A stretch of 38,451 nt of DNA from positions 1 through 38,451 of the forward strand of contig JBBRFR010000001.1 of assembly GCA_038241485.1 (NCBI GenBank), written 5' to 3'. Source of the DNA: Burkholderiales bacterium. Its GTDB lineage: Bacteria; Pseudomonadota; Gammaproteobacteria; Burkholderiales; Burkholderiaceae_C. Within the stretch, counting starts at the first letter, position 1; every line of letters starts with the position of its first letter. The notes beneath the pieces were generated by a model, which saw only the letters and a program-made list of their open reading frames with translations, ran no database searches and was not told the origin of the DNA. Positions 1 through 10,689 of the stretch are shown here, one piece after another. The position numbers were made by a program, and so were the translations under genes.

Positions 1-2
1 GG

Positions 3-3000
3 CCCCAGTCCGGGGGCGGCGAGACATCGGGGGGCGATGTCGACCGGCCTGCCGCAGCCTGCGCGATCCGCTGGGATCAGCCCGCTGACACCACCGCTAC
101 GCTGGTGCGTGCCCTCGACTTCGGAACCTACGCCAACCCGCTCGGCTCGGCCAAGGCGTTGTTCAATGGCCAGCCGGTGATCGTGCCCGAGCTGCGCCTG
201 ACCGAAACGCGCTCGACCCAAACGCCGGGCAGCATCGTCTCGGCCGATGCGCAGGGCCTGACCGTGGCGACGACCGACTTCGATGTTTTGCTGCCCCGCC
301 TCGAAACCCTCGACGGCAGACCGCTCGCGGCAGCGCCACGCGCTGGCCAGCGCTTCGACCTGCTCGATGACGCGGTAGCTGTACAGCTCACCACCGCGAA
401 CGCGGCGGTCTGCACCCACGAAAACTTCTGGCTGCGCCGCCTTGAGACGCAGACACCGCTGGAGCTGCCCTACATCGACCGCAGCGCCGCCCCCGTGCTC
501 GAAAACTACCAGCAGCTCGACGTGGCCTGGCCCGCAGGCGCCTCGGCCGATGCACGCCTGGCGGCATTGGTCGGCTACCTTGCACGCCTGACCGACAAAG
601 ACGGCTTCGACCTCGGCTTTGCCGACCCCGCGCTGCACACCGCGGTGGGCCATGCGCCGGCCTGGTTTGCACAACAGACGCTGCTGCGCGCCGCGGTCGA
701 TTTTTCGCGCGGCTTCGGCGTCTTGCGCGATGCCGTTCGGAACGAACTGCTAGAGCTGCGCCGCCGCGTCTCTTACGCCACCGATCTGATCGCGCGGGTG
801 CCCGAGCTGCGTGCCTCGGCCGCACTCAAAGACCCGCGTGTGCAGCCGGTCGCGCTGCTGATCGTCGACACACTCGACGCTGCCCGCGCCCAGCCCGGCA
901 GCGAATTGACCATCGCCCTTGCGAGCGACGGCAGCGCGAGCCGCTGGTTGTTTGATGCCTCCAAGCTCGATCGCGCCACGGTCCAGGCCATGCAGGAGCA
1001 GGCCACCGCGCTGATGCGCGCCGCTGAGGCCGACTCCCAGCGCCCGCTGGCCGAGCTGCCCTTGTGGGGCGAAGCCGAACGCAGCCGGGTGCTCGACCAA
1101 TGGAACGCCACCGACGCGCCGGTGCGCGCCGAAGCCTGCGTGCACCGCCTGTTCGAAGAGCAGGCCGCACGCACACCGAGCCAGCCCGCCGTCACCTGCG
1201 AAGACCAGTCGCTCAGCTACGCCGAGCTCGACCACCGCGCCAACCAGCTGGCGCGTCGCTTGAAGACCTTGGGGGTGGGCCCCGACGTGCTCGTCGGCCT
1301 GTGTGTCGATCGTTCGGTCGAGATGATGGTGGGCCTGATCGCCATCCACAAAGCCGGTGGCGCCTATGTGCCGCTCGACCCGAGCTACCCCAAGGACCGC
1401 ATCGCCTACATGGTCGAAGACTCCAAGGTGCCGGTGCTGCTGACGCAGGAGCGCTTGCGCGCCGACCTGCCCAAGCACCGTGCCGCGGTGGTCTGCCTCG
1501 ACAGCGACTGGCCTTCGATCGCCACCGAATCGAGCGAGCCCTTCGATGGCGGCGCCGAGCCGCAGCACCTGGCCTATGTGATCTACACCTCGGGCTCCAC
1601 CGGCAAGCCCAAGGGCGTGATGGTCGAGCACCGCAACGCTGTCAACTTTTTCGCCGGCATGGACCACCACCTGGGTGAAGACCCGCCCGGTACCTGGCTG
1701 GCCGTGACCAGCCTGAGCTTCGACATCTCGGTGCTCGAACTCTGCTGGACGCTGACACGCGGCTTTCATGTGGTCATCGCCACCGGCGAAGAGCGCTCGG
1801 GTGCGGCGCCGCGTGGTGCGCATGCGGCACGCCCGCTCGACTTCAGTCTCTTCTACTTCTCCGCCAACGAGGCCGAAGGCGAGGGCCAAGAGAGCCACGA
1901 CAAATACAAGCTGCTGCTCGAAGGCGCCAAATATGGCGACCAGCACGGCTTCTCGGCGGTCTGGACGCCGGAGCGCCACTTCCACGCCTTTGGCGGCCTG
2001 TACCCCAACCCGGCGGTGGCCGGCGCGGCCATTGCGGCCGTCACCGAGCGCATCAAGATCCGCGCTGGCAGCGTGGTGCTGCCGCTGCACCACCCGCTGC
2101 GCGTGGCCGAAGAGTGGTCGGTGGTCGACAACATCTCCAAGGGCCGTGTCGGCATCTCGTTTGCCTCGGGCTGGCAGCCGAACGACTTCGTCTTGAAGCC
2201 GGAGAACTTTGCCGACAACAAGAACATCATGCTGCGCAACATCGAGGTGGTGCGCAAGCTCTGGCGTGGCGAGAAGTGCAGCTTTCCCGGCGCCACCGGC
2301 AGCGAGGTCGAGGTCGGCATCTTGCCGCGGCCCGTGCAGAAGGAGCTGCCGTTTTGGGTCACCTCTGCCGGCAACCCCGAGACCTTCATCGCCGCCGGCA
2401 AGCTCGGCGCCAACGTGCTGACCCACTTGCTGGGCCAGACGGTCGAAGAACTCGACGGCAAGCTGGCTGCCTACCGCAAGGCCTGGAAAGACGCTGGCCA
2501 CCCGGGCGAGGGCTACGTCACGCTGATGCTGCACGCCTACGTCGGCCCCGATGAAGCCGCCGTGCGCGAGAAGGTCAAACAGCCGCTGATCGACTACCTC
2601 AAGACCTCGCTCAACCTGGTGAAGCAATACGCCTGGTCATTCCCCGCGTTCAAGAAGCGCGAGGGCATGGACGACGCCAACTCCACCGCCAGCGTCGACC
2701 TGCAAAGCCTGAGCGACGAAGAAATGCAGGGCCTGCTCGAGCACTCGTTCAACCGTTACTACGAAACCAGCGGCCTCTTCGGCACGCCGGAGAGTTGCCT
2801 CAAGCAGGTTGACGCCATCAAGGCCATCGGTGTGGATGAAGTGGCGTGCCTGATTGACTTCGGTGTCGACTCGGCCTCGGTGCTGTCGCACCTGGAGTAC
2901 CTCAACGAGCTGCGCAAGCACGCGACACCGCGCCGTGCTGTCGCCGATGCCGACTACTCCATCCCCACGCTGCTCACGCGCCACCATGTCACCCACCTGC

Positions 3001-4127
3001 AGTGCACGCCCTCAATGGCGCGCATGTTGTTGCTCGACCCGGCGGCGCTGCCGGGGCTGAGCGGCCTCAAGCGCATGATGGTCGGCGGCGAAGCGCTGCA
3101 GGCCGCGCTTGCACGCGAGCTCAAGGGCACGATTGCTGGCCACCTGATGAACATGTACGGCCCCACCGAGACCACCATCTGGTCGGCAGTGCACCGTGTC
3201 GACACGGTCGAGGGCATCGTGCCGCTGGGCAAGCCGCTCGCCAACCAAGAGGTCTACATCCTCGACACCCGCCAGCAGCCCACGCCGGTCGGTGTGCCGG
3301 GCGAGCTGGTGATTGGCGGCAAGGGGGTGGTGCGGGGTTACCTGCACCGCGCCGAGTTGACCGCCGAGCGTTTTGTGGCGCACCCCTTCCGCGGCAGCGC
3401 GGGTAGCCGCGTCTACCGCACCGGTGACCTGGCCCGCCAGCGTGCCGACGGCACGATCGAGTTCCTTGGCCGCTTCGACCACCAGGTCAAGGTGCGCGGT
3501 TACCGCATCGAGCTGGGCGAGATCGAGGCCACGCTGCTGACCCACTCGGGTGTGCGCGAGACGGTGGTGGTGGCGCGTGAAGACACGCCGGGCGACGTGC
3601 GCCTGGTGGCCTACCTCGTGCCCGCCGGCAAAGATGCCGCACCTGCGGCCGACCTGAAAGAACACCTGCGCAGCCGCCTGCCCGATTACATGGTGCCGGC
3701 GCACTTCGTGAACCTCGACGCGCTGCCCCAAACACCCAACGGCAAGATCGACCGCAAGGCGCTGCCCGCGCCCGAGGCCGGCCACGCGCCGGTGGTGGGT
3801 GAAGCCTTCGTGGCGCCTGCGAGTGACCTCGAAGAAAAGATTGCCGCCATCTGGAAAGACGTGCTCAAGCTCACGCAAGTGGGCGCGCGTGACAACTTCT
3901 TCGACCTGGGCGGCCACTCGCTGCTGGCCGTGCAGGCGCACCGCAAGCTGCGCGATGCACTGGGGCGCGATCTGTCGATCACCGACATCTTCCGCTTCCC
4001 CACCATCCAGAGCCTGAGCAACTACCTGGCCCAAGACGGCGAAGACGACGCCGGCGCCCAGGCCGGCAAGGCGCGTGCGCAAGGCCGCCGCGCGGCGATG
4101 CAGCGGCGCCAGGGCGTGCGCGCCTGA
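3..4127 (+). CDS. NRPS, 5'-truncated by the window: formyltransferase C-terminal region, degenerate partial condensation-like region, adenylation domain interrupted by a luciferase-like monooxygenase (MupA/Atu3671-type LLM), PCP
   Basis: Frame is open from position 3 (the ORF track starts at internal GTG 105). The N-terminal IRWDQPA..LVRALDFG.Y.NP..GLTVATTD resembles the Formyl_trans_C region. A-domain motifs LSYAELD, YVIYTSGSTGKPKG, FDIS, NMYGPTE, GELVIGG.GV.RGY, YRTGDL, GR.D.QVKVRG.RIELGEIE, NGKIDR. LLM motifs FSLFYF, WTPERHFH.FGG.YPNP, GRVGISFASGW.PNDF. PCP motif FFDLGGHSL. Confidence 0.93.
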   Translation, partial: PQSGGGETSGGDVDRPAAACAIRWDQPADTTATLVRALDFGTYANPLGSAKALFNGQPVIVPELRLTETRSTQTPGSIVSADAQGLTVATTDFDVLLPRLETLDGRPLAAAPRAGQRFDLLDDAVAVQLTTANAAVCTHENFWLRRLETQTPLELPYIDRSAAPVLENYQQLDVAWPAGASADARLAALVGYLARLTDKDGFDLGFADPALHTAVGHAPAWFAQQTLLRAAVDFSRGFGVLRDAVRNELLELRRRVSYATDLIARVPELRASAALKDPRVQPVALLIVDTLDAARAQPGSELTIALASDGSASRWLFDASKLDRATVQAMQEQATALMRAAEADSQRPLAELPLWGEAERSRVLDQWNATDAPVRAEACVHRLFEEQAARTPSQPAVTCEDQSLSYAELDHRANQLARRLKTLGVGPDVLVGLCVDRSVEMMVGLIAIHKAGGAYVPLDPSYPKDRIAYMVEDSKVPVLLTQERLRADLPKHRAAVVCLDSDWPSIATESSEPFDGGAEPQHLAYVIYTSGSTGKPKGVMVEHRNAVNFFAGMDHHLGEDPPGTWLAVTSLSFDISVLELCWTLTRGFHVVIATGEERSGAAPRGAHAARPLDFSLFYFSANEAEGEGQESHDKYKLLLEGAKYGDQHGFSAVWTPERHFHAFGGLYPNPAVAGAAIAAVTERIKIRAGSVVLPLHHPLRVAEEWSVVDNISKGRVGISFASGWQPNDFVLKPENFADNKNIMLRNIEVVRKLWRGEKCSFPGATGSEVEVGILPRPVQKELPFWVTSAGNPETFIAAGKLGANVLTHLLGQTVEELDGKLAAYRKAWKDAGHPGEGYVTLMLHAYVGPDEAAVREKVKQPLIDYLKTSLNLVKQYAWSFPAFKKREGMDDANSTASVDLQSLSDEEMQGLLEHSFNRYYETSGLFGTPESCLKQVDAIKAIGVDEVACLIDFGVDSASVLSHLEYLNELRKHATPRRAVADADYSIPTLLTRHHVTHLQCTPSMARMLLLDPAALPGLSGLKRMMVGGEALQAALARELKGTIAGHLMNMYGPTETTIWSAVHRVDTVEGIVPLGKPLANQEVYILDTRQQPTPVGVPGELVIGGKGVVRGYLHRAELTAERFVAHPFRGSAGSRVYRTGDLARQRADGTIEFLGRFDHQVKVRGYRIELGEIEATLLTHSGVRETVVVAREDTPGDVRLVAYLVPAGKDAAPAADLKEHLRSRLPDYMVPAHFVNLDALPQTPNGKIDRKALPAPEAGHAPVVGEAFVAPASDLEEKIAAIWKDVLKLTQVGARDNFFDLGGHSLLAVQAHRKLRDALGRDLSITDIFRFPTIQSLSNYLAQDGEDDAGAQAGKARAQGRRAAMQRRQGVRA

Positions 4128-4224
4128 CGCAGCCCGTTCAAAACACAACAAAAGAAGACCCGAGGATGAGTCACGTGACGCCGCAACCCAACCCCACCCC
4201 AGCCTCGGCCGCAGGTCAGTTCGC

Positions 4225-7200
4225 ATGAGCGAGGTAAACGAGAGTGACATCGCGATCGTCGGCATGGCGATCCGGGTCCCCGGTGCCTCCAACCCCGAAG
4301 AGTTCTGGGCCAACCTGAAGAACGGTGTCGAGGCCACACAGCCCTACACCGACGAACAATTGTTGGCCAAGGGCGTGTCGCGCAGCACGCTCTCTGACCC
4401 GCACTACGTCAAGGCCGGCATCAGCCTGCAAGACATGGACGCCTTCGACCCCGAGTTCTTCGGGTTCAGCCAAAAGGAAGCCGCCATCCTTGACCCGCAG
4501 CACCGCCAGTTCTACGAGGTGTGCTGGGAAGCGCTGGAGCGTGCCGGCCACCCACCCGAAAAGTTCGACGGCGCGGTGGGCCTGTTCGCCGGCTGCGGCA
4601 TGGGGGCCTACTTCACTTTCAACTTGCTGAGCAACCCCGAGCTGGTCGACTCGGTGGGCCTCTTTTTGCTGCGCCACACCGGCAACGACAAAGACTTCTT
4701 GTCGACCCGCGTCTCCTACGAGTTCAACCTGCACGGGCCGTGTGTCAACGTGCAGACCGCGTGCTCGACCTCGCTGGTGGCCACCCACCTGGCGGTGCAA
4801 AGCCTGCTCTCGGGCGAGTGCGACATGGCGCTCGCCGGTGGCGTGACCATCGAGGTGCCGCACGGCGTCGGCTACCACTACAAAGAGGGCGAAGTGCTGT
4901 CGCCCGACGGCCACTGCCGCACCTTCGACCACCGCTCCAAGGGCACGGTGTTTGGCAGCGGTGCCGGTGTGGTGGTCATGCGCCGCCTGGCCGATGCACT
5001 GCGCGATGGTGACCACGTGCACGCCGTCATCAAAGGCACGGCCGTCAACAACGACGGTTCGCGCAAGGTGGGTTACCTCGCACCCAGCGTCGACGGCCAG
5101 GCCGCCTGCATCACCGAGGCGCTGGCGGTGTCTGACTGCGACGCCGACACGCTCAGCTACATCGAATGCCACGGCACCGCCACGCCGGTCGGCGACCCGA
5201 TCGAGATTGCTGCGCTGACGCAGGCCTTTCGCGACACCACCGACCGTGTGGGCTACTGCAAGGTGGGTTCGGTCAAGACCAACATCGGCCACCTCGACAC
5301 CGCCGCTGGCGTGGCCAGCCTGATCAAGGCCACGCTGGCGCTTGAGAACAAGCAGATCCCGCCCTCGCTCAACTTTGAAGCGCCCAACCCGCGCATCGAC
5401 TTCGCCAGCAGCCCCTTCACCGTGGCGGCCCAGCTCAGCGACTGGAAGGTTGACGGCAACACCCCGCGTCGCGCCGGTGTCAACTCGCTCGGCGTGGGTG
5501 GCACCAACGCCTTCGTGGTGCTCGAAGAAGCGCCGGCCGTGGCCCGCACCGCCACGCCCATCGATGACTCGACGCAGTTGCTGCTGCTGTCGGCGCGCAA
5601 CCGCAAGGCGCTCGACGACAACGCCCGCCGCCTCGCCGCCTGGCTGAAAGACAACCCCAAGACCCCCCTGGCCGACGTTGCGTATTCGCTGCACGCGGGC
5701 CGCCGTGGCTTCGAGCAGCGCCGTGTGCTGGCCTGCGCCAACCACGAAGAAGCGATCGCGCTGCTGGAGAGCAACGACGCCAAGCGTGTTTTCAACCACA
5801 CCCATGACCTCGACCGCCCTTCGCTGGTGTTCATGTTCCCCGGTGGCGGTGCGCAGTACGTGCGCATGGGCATGGGGCTTTACGAAAACGAGCCGGTGTT
5901 CCGCGAGTGGGTCGACAAGGGCCTGGCCATTCTCAAGACACGCTTTGGTGCCGACCTGGCGCCGGTGCTGCTGGCCAAGGAGGGGAGCCCCGAGCTGGCC
6001 GACTTGCTGGCCAAGCCGGCGTCGCAGCTGCCGCTGACCTTCCTGGTCGAGATCGCGCTCACCAAACTGTGGGAGTCCTACGGCATCAAACCCGAGGTGG
6101 TGATCGGCCACAGCATGGGCGAAAACTCGGCGGCCTGCATTGCCGGCGTTTTCTCGTTCGAAGACGCGCTGGGCCTCTTGCTGTTGCGTGGCCAGTTGGT
6201 TGAACAAACACCGCGCGGCACCATGATCAGCGTGCCGATGGCGGCCAAAGAGTTGATCCCGCTGCTGGGCGACGAGCTCGATCTGGCCTCGGCCAACAGC
6301 CCACAACTCTCGGTGATGTCGGGCCCTTTGCCGCCGCTGGAGGCCTTGGCCGCGCGCCTGGCCGAGCAGGGCATCGACACGCAGCGGGTGAAGGTCGACG
6401 TGGCCGGCCACTCGCGTCTGCTCGACGGCATCTTGCCGCGCTTTCGCCAATACCTGCAAAGCATCAAGCTCAACGAGCCGAAGCTGCGCATCGTCTCCAA
6501 CCGCACCGGCAAGTGGCTCGACCCTGCGAGCGCGCGCGACCCCGAGTACTGGGTGCAGCACTTGCGTAACACCATCTTGTTTGCCGATGGGGTCGACACG
6601 CTGCTCGAATCTGACAACCACGTGTTCCTCGAAGTGGGCCCCGGCAACATGCTGGGCTCCTTTGTGCGCCAGAACCCGCGCTCACCAACGCAGCGTGTGC
6701 TGTCGTCAATGCGCCACCCGCAAGACCCGATCCCCGACCACGTGTACTTCCGCACTGTGATGGGCCGGCTGTGGGCGCTGGGCGTTGAGTTCGACGCGCA
6801 GCGTTTGTGGGGCAAGGGCCGCCGCCGTGTGCCGCTGCCAACCTACGCCTTTCAGCACGCGCGCTACTGGATCGAGCCTGGCGTGGGCGCCCTTGGCGCC
6901 TCGCGCGCCGAGGCCGAGCGCCCGCTGCGCCAAGCCGAGATCAGCGACTGGTTTCGCAAGCCGCGCTGGGTGCAACAAGGCATTCTCGAATCGGCCGACG
7001 AACCGCACACCTGGCTGGCCTTTCACGGCCGCGAGCCGCTGTCGCTGAGCGCGGTGGCAAGCCTGCGCGAAGCCGGTCACAGCGTCATCTCGGTGCTGCC
7101 GGGCGACACCTTTGCGCAGGTCGATGAGCACACCTACACGCTGGCGGCCGAAGCCGGTGGCGTGGGTTACCAAGAGCTGCTCGACTCGCTGGCCGAGCGC

Positions 7201-10200
7201 ACCATCGTGCCCGACCGCATCTTGCACACCTGGCTGGTCACGCTCGACCGCAACTTCCGCCCCGGCTCGACCTTCTTCCACCGCAACCAAGAGCACGGCT
7301 TCTACTCGCTGTTCCACCTGGTGCGTGCACTCGGCAAGGCCGGCCTCACCGACCACCCGCTGCACATGACGGTGGTGGCCAATGGCGCACAACAGGTGGG
7401 CGACGAAGGTCTTTCGTTCCCCGACAAGGCGACCGCGCTGGGCCCGTGCGCGGTGATCCCGCGCGAGTTCCCGAACGTGAGCTGTGCGTTCATTGATGTT
7501 GACCTCGGTGATGCCAAACTCAATGGCAAGAGCAGCGGCAAGCGCAACCCGCAGGCCGAAGCGGCGGCGGCGCGTGTGGCCGCTGATGTGGCGAGCGAGC
7601 TGTTCGCCCAGCCAGGCACCCGCGTCATCGCATGGCGCAACGGCGTGCGCTGGCAGCGACACCTCGCTGCCTTCAAACAAGCCGCGGGCGCCGCGCCGGT
7701 GCAGCGTTTGCGCCAAGGTGGCGTGTACCTGCTGACCGGCGGCCTGGGTGGCATTGGTGGTGTCATCGCTGAATGGCTGGCCCGCGAGTACAAGGCCAAG
7801 CTGGTGCTGGTGGGTCGCACGCCCCTGCCGCAACGCAGCGATTGGGACGACTGGCTCGACAAGCACGAGGCCGCTGACAGCATCAGCCAGGCGATTCAAC
7901 GGGTGCGCCAGCTCGAAAAGCTGGGTGCCACCGTGTTGCCTGTGGCGGCCGACGTGGCCGTGGCCGAGCGCATGAAAGAAGTGGTGGCCGAGGCGCGTAC
8001 CGCGTTCAAAGAGATCCACGGTGTGTTCCATGCCGCCGGCGTGATCCGCGACAACCTGATCCAGCTCAAGAGCCCGCGCGACATCGAAGACGTGTTCTCG
8101 GCCAAGGTCTACGGCACCCAGGTGCTCGACGAGATCTTCCGCGACTCAAGCCTCGACTTCATGGTGCTGTTCTCCTCCACCAGCGCCTACATCGCCCCCA
8201 CCGGCCAGATCGACTACGTGGGCGCGAGCGCTTTCGTCAATGCGTTTGCCGAGTCGTGCCGTGGTCAGCGCAAGTACCCGGTGACAGCCATCTCTTGGGG
8301 TATTTGGAAAGACGTGGGCATGGTCGGCCAACTCGCCGGCCCGGCCGAGCCTGCCGCCTCCCAAACCCTGCCCGTCACCAGCCCGCACTTTGCACACCGC
8401 CTCGCCTCGCGCGATGGCCTGGCACAGCTGGAGCTGCTCGCCGGCACGCTGTCGTCGAAAGACTGGGTCATCGACGAACACCGCCTGGGCAGTGGCGAAG
8501 CACTGTTGCCCGGCACCGGCTACTTGGAGCTGGTGCGCGCCGCGTTGGCCGAACTCGGCAACACCGGCCCATGGCGCTTGAGCAACCTGGTGTTCGAAGC
8601 GCCGATGTTTGTGGACGACGGGGCGTCACGCGCCTTCCGCGTCAGCCTGCGCGGTGACGACCAGCGCTGGGACGTGGAGATACTTGCCGAGGGCGATGCG
8701 CCCGGCAGCTTCGTGCGCTGCGCCAGCGCGCGTGTCACGCCCGCCAATCAGGCAGCCGCTGCGGTGGCCCTGGCCGAGGTCGAGGCGCGTTGCACTGGCC
8801 CCGTCACTGTCGCAGCAGGCGCCAGCGCCTTGCGCACGCGCCAAGAAGCCCACCTCAAGTTTGGCCCCCGCTGGCGTGTGCTCAAGCGCCTGCATTTGGG
8901 CGACAAAGAAGCGCTGGCCCACCTGCAGCTGCCGGCCGAGTTCACGGGCGATCTGGCCGACTGGGGCCTGCACCCCGGCGTGCTCGACATTGCCACCGGC
9001 TGCGCGATGGACCTGATCCCCGGCTATGCCGACCAGGAGGTGGTGCAAAACCTGTGGGCGCCGATTTCCTACCGTGGCCTGAGTTTCCACGCGCCGCTCG
9101 AAGCCGATGTGTACAGCTGGATTCGCCTGGCCAGTGACGGCTCGGTGGCGAGTGATTTCGCCGCCTTCGACGTGACCCTGACCGACGCACAAGGCAAGGT
9201 GCTGGCCGAGATCGACCGCCTGACCTTGCGCCGCCTTGACGGCCCCTGGCATGCGCCCAAGGCCGAGGCCGCGATGGCGGGTGGCGAAGGTGCGGCCTCG
9301 GCGCGCGTCAAGCCCTTGTCGCCAGGCGAAGTGGCACTGCGCCACAACGTGAGCCAGGGCATCTCGCCCGCTGATGGCCTGCAGGCGCTGACACGCTTGC
9401 TCACCGGCCCCATGCCGGCCGAGCTGATCGTGAGCTCGATGAAGGTCGGCGACCTGATCGCGCAGGCCGAGTCGCTCAGTCGCGCCTCGATGGCCAGCAA
9501 CGACGCACGCTTCTCGCGCCCCGAGCTCGACAGCGACTTCTCACCCCCTCGCGATTCGTTCGAAAAAGGTCTGGCCGAGCTGTGGGGCAAGCTGCTGGGC
9601 GTGGAAGGTGTCGGCATTCAAGACAGCTTCTTCGACCTGGGCGGCCACTCGCTGATTGCGGTGCGCCTGTTCAACGAGATCGCCGACAAGTTCAACACCG
9701 ACCTGCCGATCTCGGTGCTGATGCAGTCGCCCACCATCGAGAGCCTGGCCACGCTGCTGCGCGGCGGCGACTACAACGCCGACACGGCCGATGCGCCGAG
9801 CACCGACGACAACGGCACACGCGCCAAGCCCGAGCTGCGCTACCACCACGTGGTGCCCATGCACGCCGCGCCGGTGGCGGGGCGCACTCCGCTGTTCGTG
9901 GTGGCCGGCATGTACGGCAACGTGCTCAACCTCAGCCACCTCGCGCACCTGCTGGGCGAAGACCGGCCGTTCTATGCGCTGCAGGCGCGTGGCCTGTATG
10001 GCGACACGGCCCCGCACGAGAGCTTTGAAGAAGCCGCCACCGACTACCTCGCCGAAGTGGTTCAGGTGCAGCCGCAAGGCCCTTACCTGCTGGGTGGCTT
10101 CTCGGGCGGGGGGCTGATTGCTTTCGAGATGGCGCGCCAGCTTCTTGCGCGTGGTGAGCAGGTGCTGGGTGTGTTGATGCTCGACACCCCGGCGCGCGAG

Positions 10201-10689
10201 ATTCCCCACTTCAGCTTGGGCGACAAGCTCTCGATGCTGGTGCAGAGTGCGCAGCGCGAAGGGCTGGGCATCGTCAAGCAAAAGATCGTCTCGCGCATGG
10301 AATGGGAACAAGAAAAACGCCGACGTCGCCAGCAGCCGGCGAAACCCGTAAACGGCGCGGCCGACAACTCCCCCAACTTCCAGTCCAAGCGCATTGGCGA
10401 CGCCTTCTTGCGCGGCCTGATCAAGTACCAGATCCCCAAGGTGCCGGTGCACGTGGCGGTGTTCCGGCCCAAGCTCGACGTGAAGTTCCGCTTGAGCGGT
10501 GACCGCCTGGTCGACTCCTATCGCAACTACGTGCGCGAAGACAACTTCTGGACGCCGCATGTGGGCCAGCTGCAGGTGTTCGAGGTGCCGGGCAACCACG
10601 ACAACATGGTGCTGGAACCCAATGTGCGCGTGCTCGTCTCGCTGCTCCGGCGGGTCATCGACGGAACAGGCAAGGGAAAGACGATATGA
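4225..10689 (+). CDS. Monomodular type I PKS: KS-AT-KR(with inserted DH)-ACP-TE
   Basis: KS: [29 protein letters not shown]: GHSMG, VAGHS. KR: GGLGGIG, HAAG, GQIDY. DH: [21 protein letters not shown]: [11 protein letters not shown]: GFSGG, PGNH. Start placed at ATG 4225, just ahead of the KS motif DIAIVGM; the ORF track's start at 4075 overlaps the NRPS. Confidence 0.95.
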   Translation: MSEVNESDIAIVGMAIRVPGASNPEEFWANLKNGVEATQPYTDEQLLAKGVSRSTLSDPHYVKAGISLQDMDAFDPEFFGFSQKEAAILDPQHRQFYEVCWEALERAGHPPEKFDGAVGLFAGCGMGAYFTFNLLSNPELVDSVGLFLLRHTGNDKDFLSTRVSYEFNLHGPCVNVQTACSTSLVATHLAVQSLLSGECDMALAGGVTIEVPHGVGYHYKEGEVLSPDGHCRTFDHRSKGTVFGSGAGVVVMRRLADALRDGDHVHAVIKGTAVNNDGSRKVGYLAPSVDGQAACITEALAVSDCDADTLSYIECHGTATPVGDPIEIAALTQAFRDTTDRVGYCKVGSVKTNIGHLDTAAGVASLIKATLALENKQIPPSLNFEAPNPRIDFASSPFTVAAQLSDWKVDGNTPRRAGVNSLGVGGTNAFVVLEEAPAVARTATPIDDSTQLLLLSARNRKALDDNARRLAAWLKDNPKTPLADVAYSLHAGRRGFEQRRVLACANHEEAIALLESNDAKRVFNHTHDLDRPSLVFMFPGGGAQYVRMGMGLYENEPVFREWVDKGLAILKTRFGADLAPVLLAKEGSPELADLLAKPASQLPLTFLVEIALTKLWESYGIKPEVVIGHSMGENSAACIAGVFSFEDALGLLLLRGQLVEQTPRGTMISVPMAAKELIPLLGDELDLASANSPQLSVMSGPLPPLEALAARLAEQGIDTQRVKVDVAGHSRLLDGILPRFRQYLQSIKLNEPKLRIVSNRTGKWLDPASARDPEYWVQHLRNTILFADGVDTLLESDNHVFLEVGPGNMLGSFVRQNPRSPTQRVLSSMRHPQDPIPDHVYFRTVMGRLWALGVEFDAQRLWGKGRRRVPLPTYAFQHARYWIEPGVGALGASRAEAERPLRQAEISDWFRKPRWVQQGILESADEPHTWLAFHGREPLSLSAVASLREAGHSVISVLPGDTFAQVDEHTYTLAAEAGGVGYQELLDSLAERTIVPDRILHTWLVTLDRNFRPGSTFFHRNQEHGFYSLFHLVRALGKAGLTDHPLHMTVVANGAQQVGDEGLSFPDKATALGPCAVIPREFPNVSCAFIDVDLGDAKLNGKSSGKRNPQAEAAAARVAADVASELFAQPGTRVIAWRNGVRWQRHLAAFKQAAGAAPVQRLRQGGVYLLTGGLGGIGGVIAEWLAREYKAKLVLVGRTPLPQRSDWDDWLDKHEAADSISQAIQRVRQLEKLGATVLPVAADVAVAERMKEVVAEARTAFKEIHGVFHAAGVIRDNLIQLKSPRDIEDVFSAKVYGTQVLDEIFRDSSLDFMVLFSSTSAYIAPTGQIDYVGASAFVNAFAESCRGQRKYPVTAISWGIWKDVGMVGQLAGPAEPAASQTLPVTSPHFAHRLASRDGLAQLELLAGTLSSKDWVIDEHRLGSGEALLPGTGYLELVRAALAELGNTGPWRLSNLVFEAPMFVDDGASRAFRVSLRGDDQRWDVEILAEGDAPGSFVRCASARVTPANQAAAAVALAEVEARCTGPVTVAAGASALRTRQEAHLKFGPRWRVLKRLHLGDKEALAHLQLPAEFTGDLADWGLHPGVLDIATGCAMDLIPGYADQEVVQNLWAPISYRGLSFHAPLEADVYSWIRLASDGSVASDFAAFDVTLTDAQGKVLAEIDRLTLRRLDGPWHAPKAEAAMAGGEGAASARVKPLSPGEVALRHNVSQGISPADGLQALTRLLTGPMPAELIVSSMKVGDLIAQAESLSRASMASNDARFSRPELDSDFSPPRDSFEKGLAELWGKLLGVEGVGIQDSFFDLGGHSLIAVRLFNEIADKFNTDLPISVLMQSPTIESLATLLRGGDYNADTADAPSTDDNGTRAKPELRYHHVVPMHAAPVAGRTPLFVVAGMYGNVLNLSHLAHLLGEDRPFYALQARGLYGDTAPHESFEEAATDYLAEVVQVQPQGPYLLGGFSGGGLIAFEMARQLLARGEQVLGVLMLDTPAREIPHFSLGDKLSMLVQSAQREGLGIVKQKIVSRMEWEQEKRRRRQQPAKPVNGAADNSPNFQSKRIGDAFLRGLIKYQIPKVPVHVAVFRPKLDVKFRLSGDRLVDSYRNYVREDNFWTPHVGQLQVFEVPGNHDNMVLEPNVRVLVSLLRRVIDGTGKGKTI

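Noticed and set aside
1-45. G-rich start with small hairpins (GACATCG-GGGGG-CGATGTC)
   Set aside because: It lies inside the open NRPS frame at the window edge; chance or low-quality end sequence cannot be excluded.
750-6621. Long antisense ORFs (750..2627, 3012..4337, 4216..6621) and similar ones at 21301..23181, 28213..30390 and 31560..33209
   Set aside because: They shadow well-supported plus-strand genes and carry no recognisable motifs; such ORFs are expected from high-GC codon bias.
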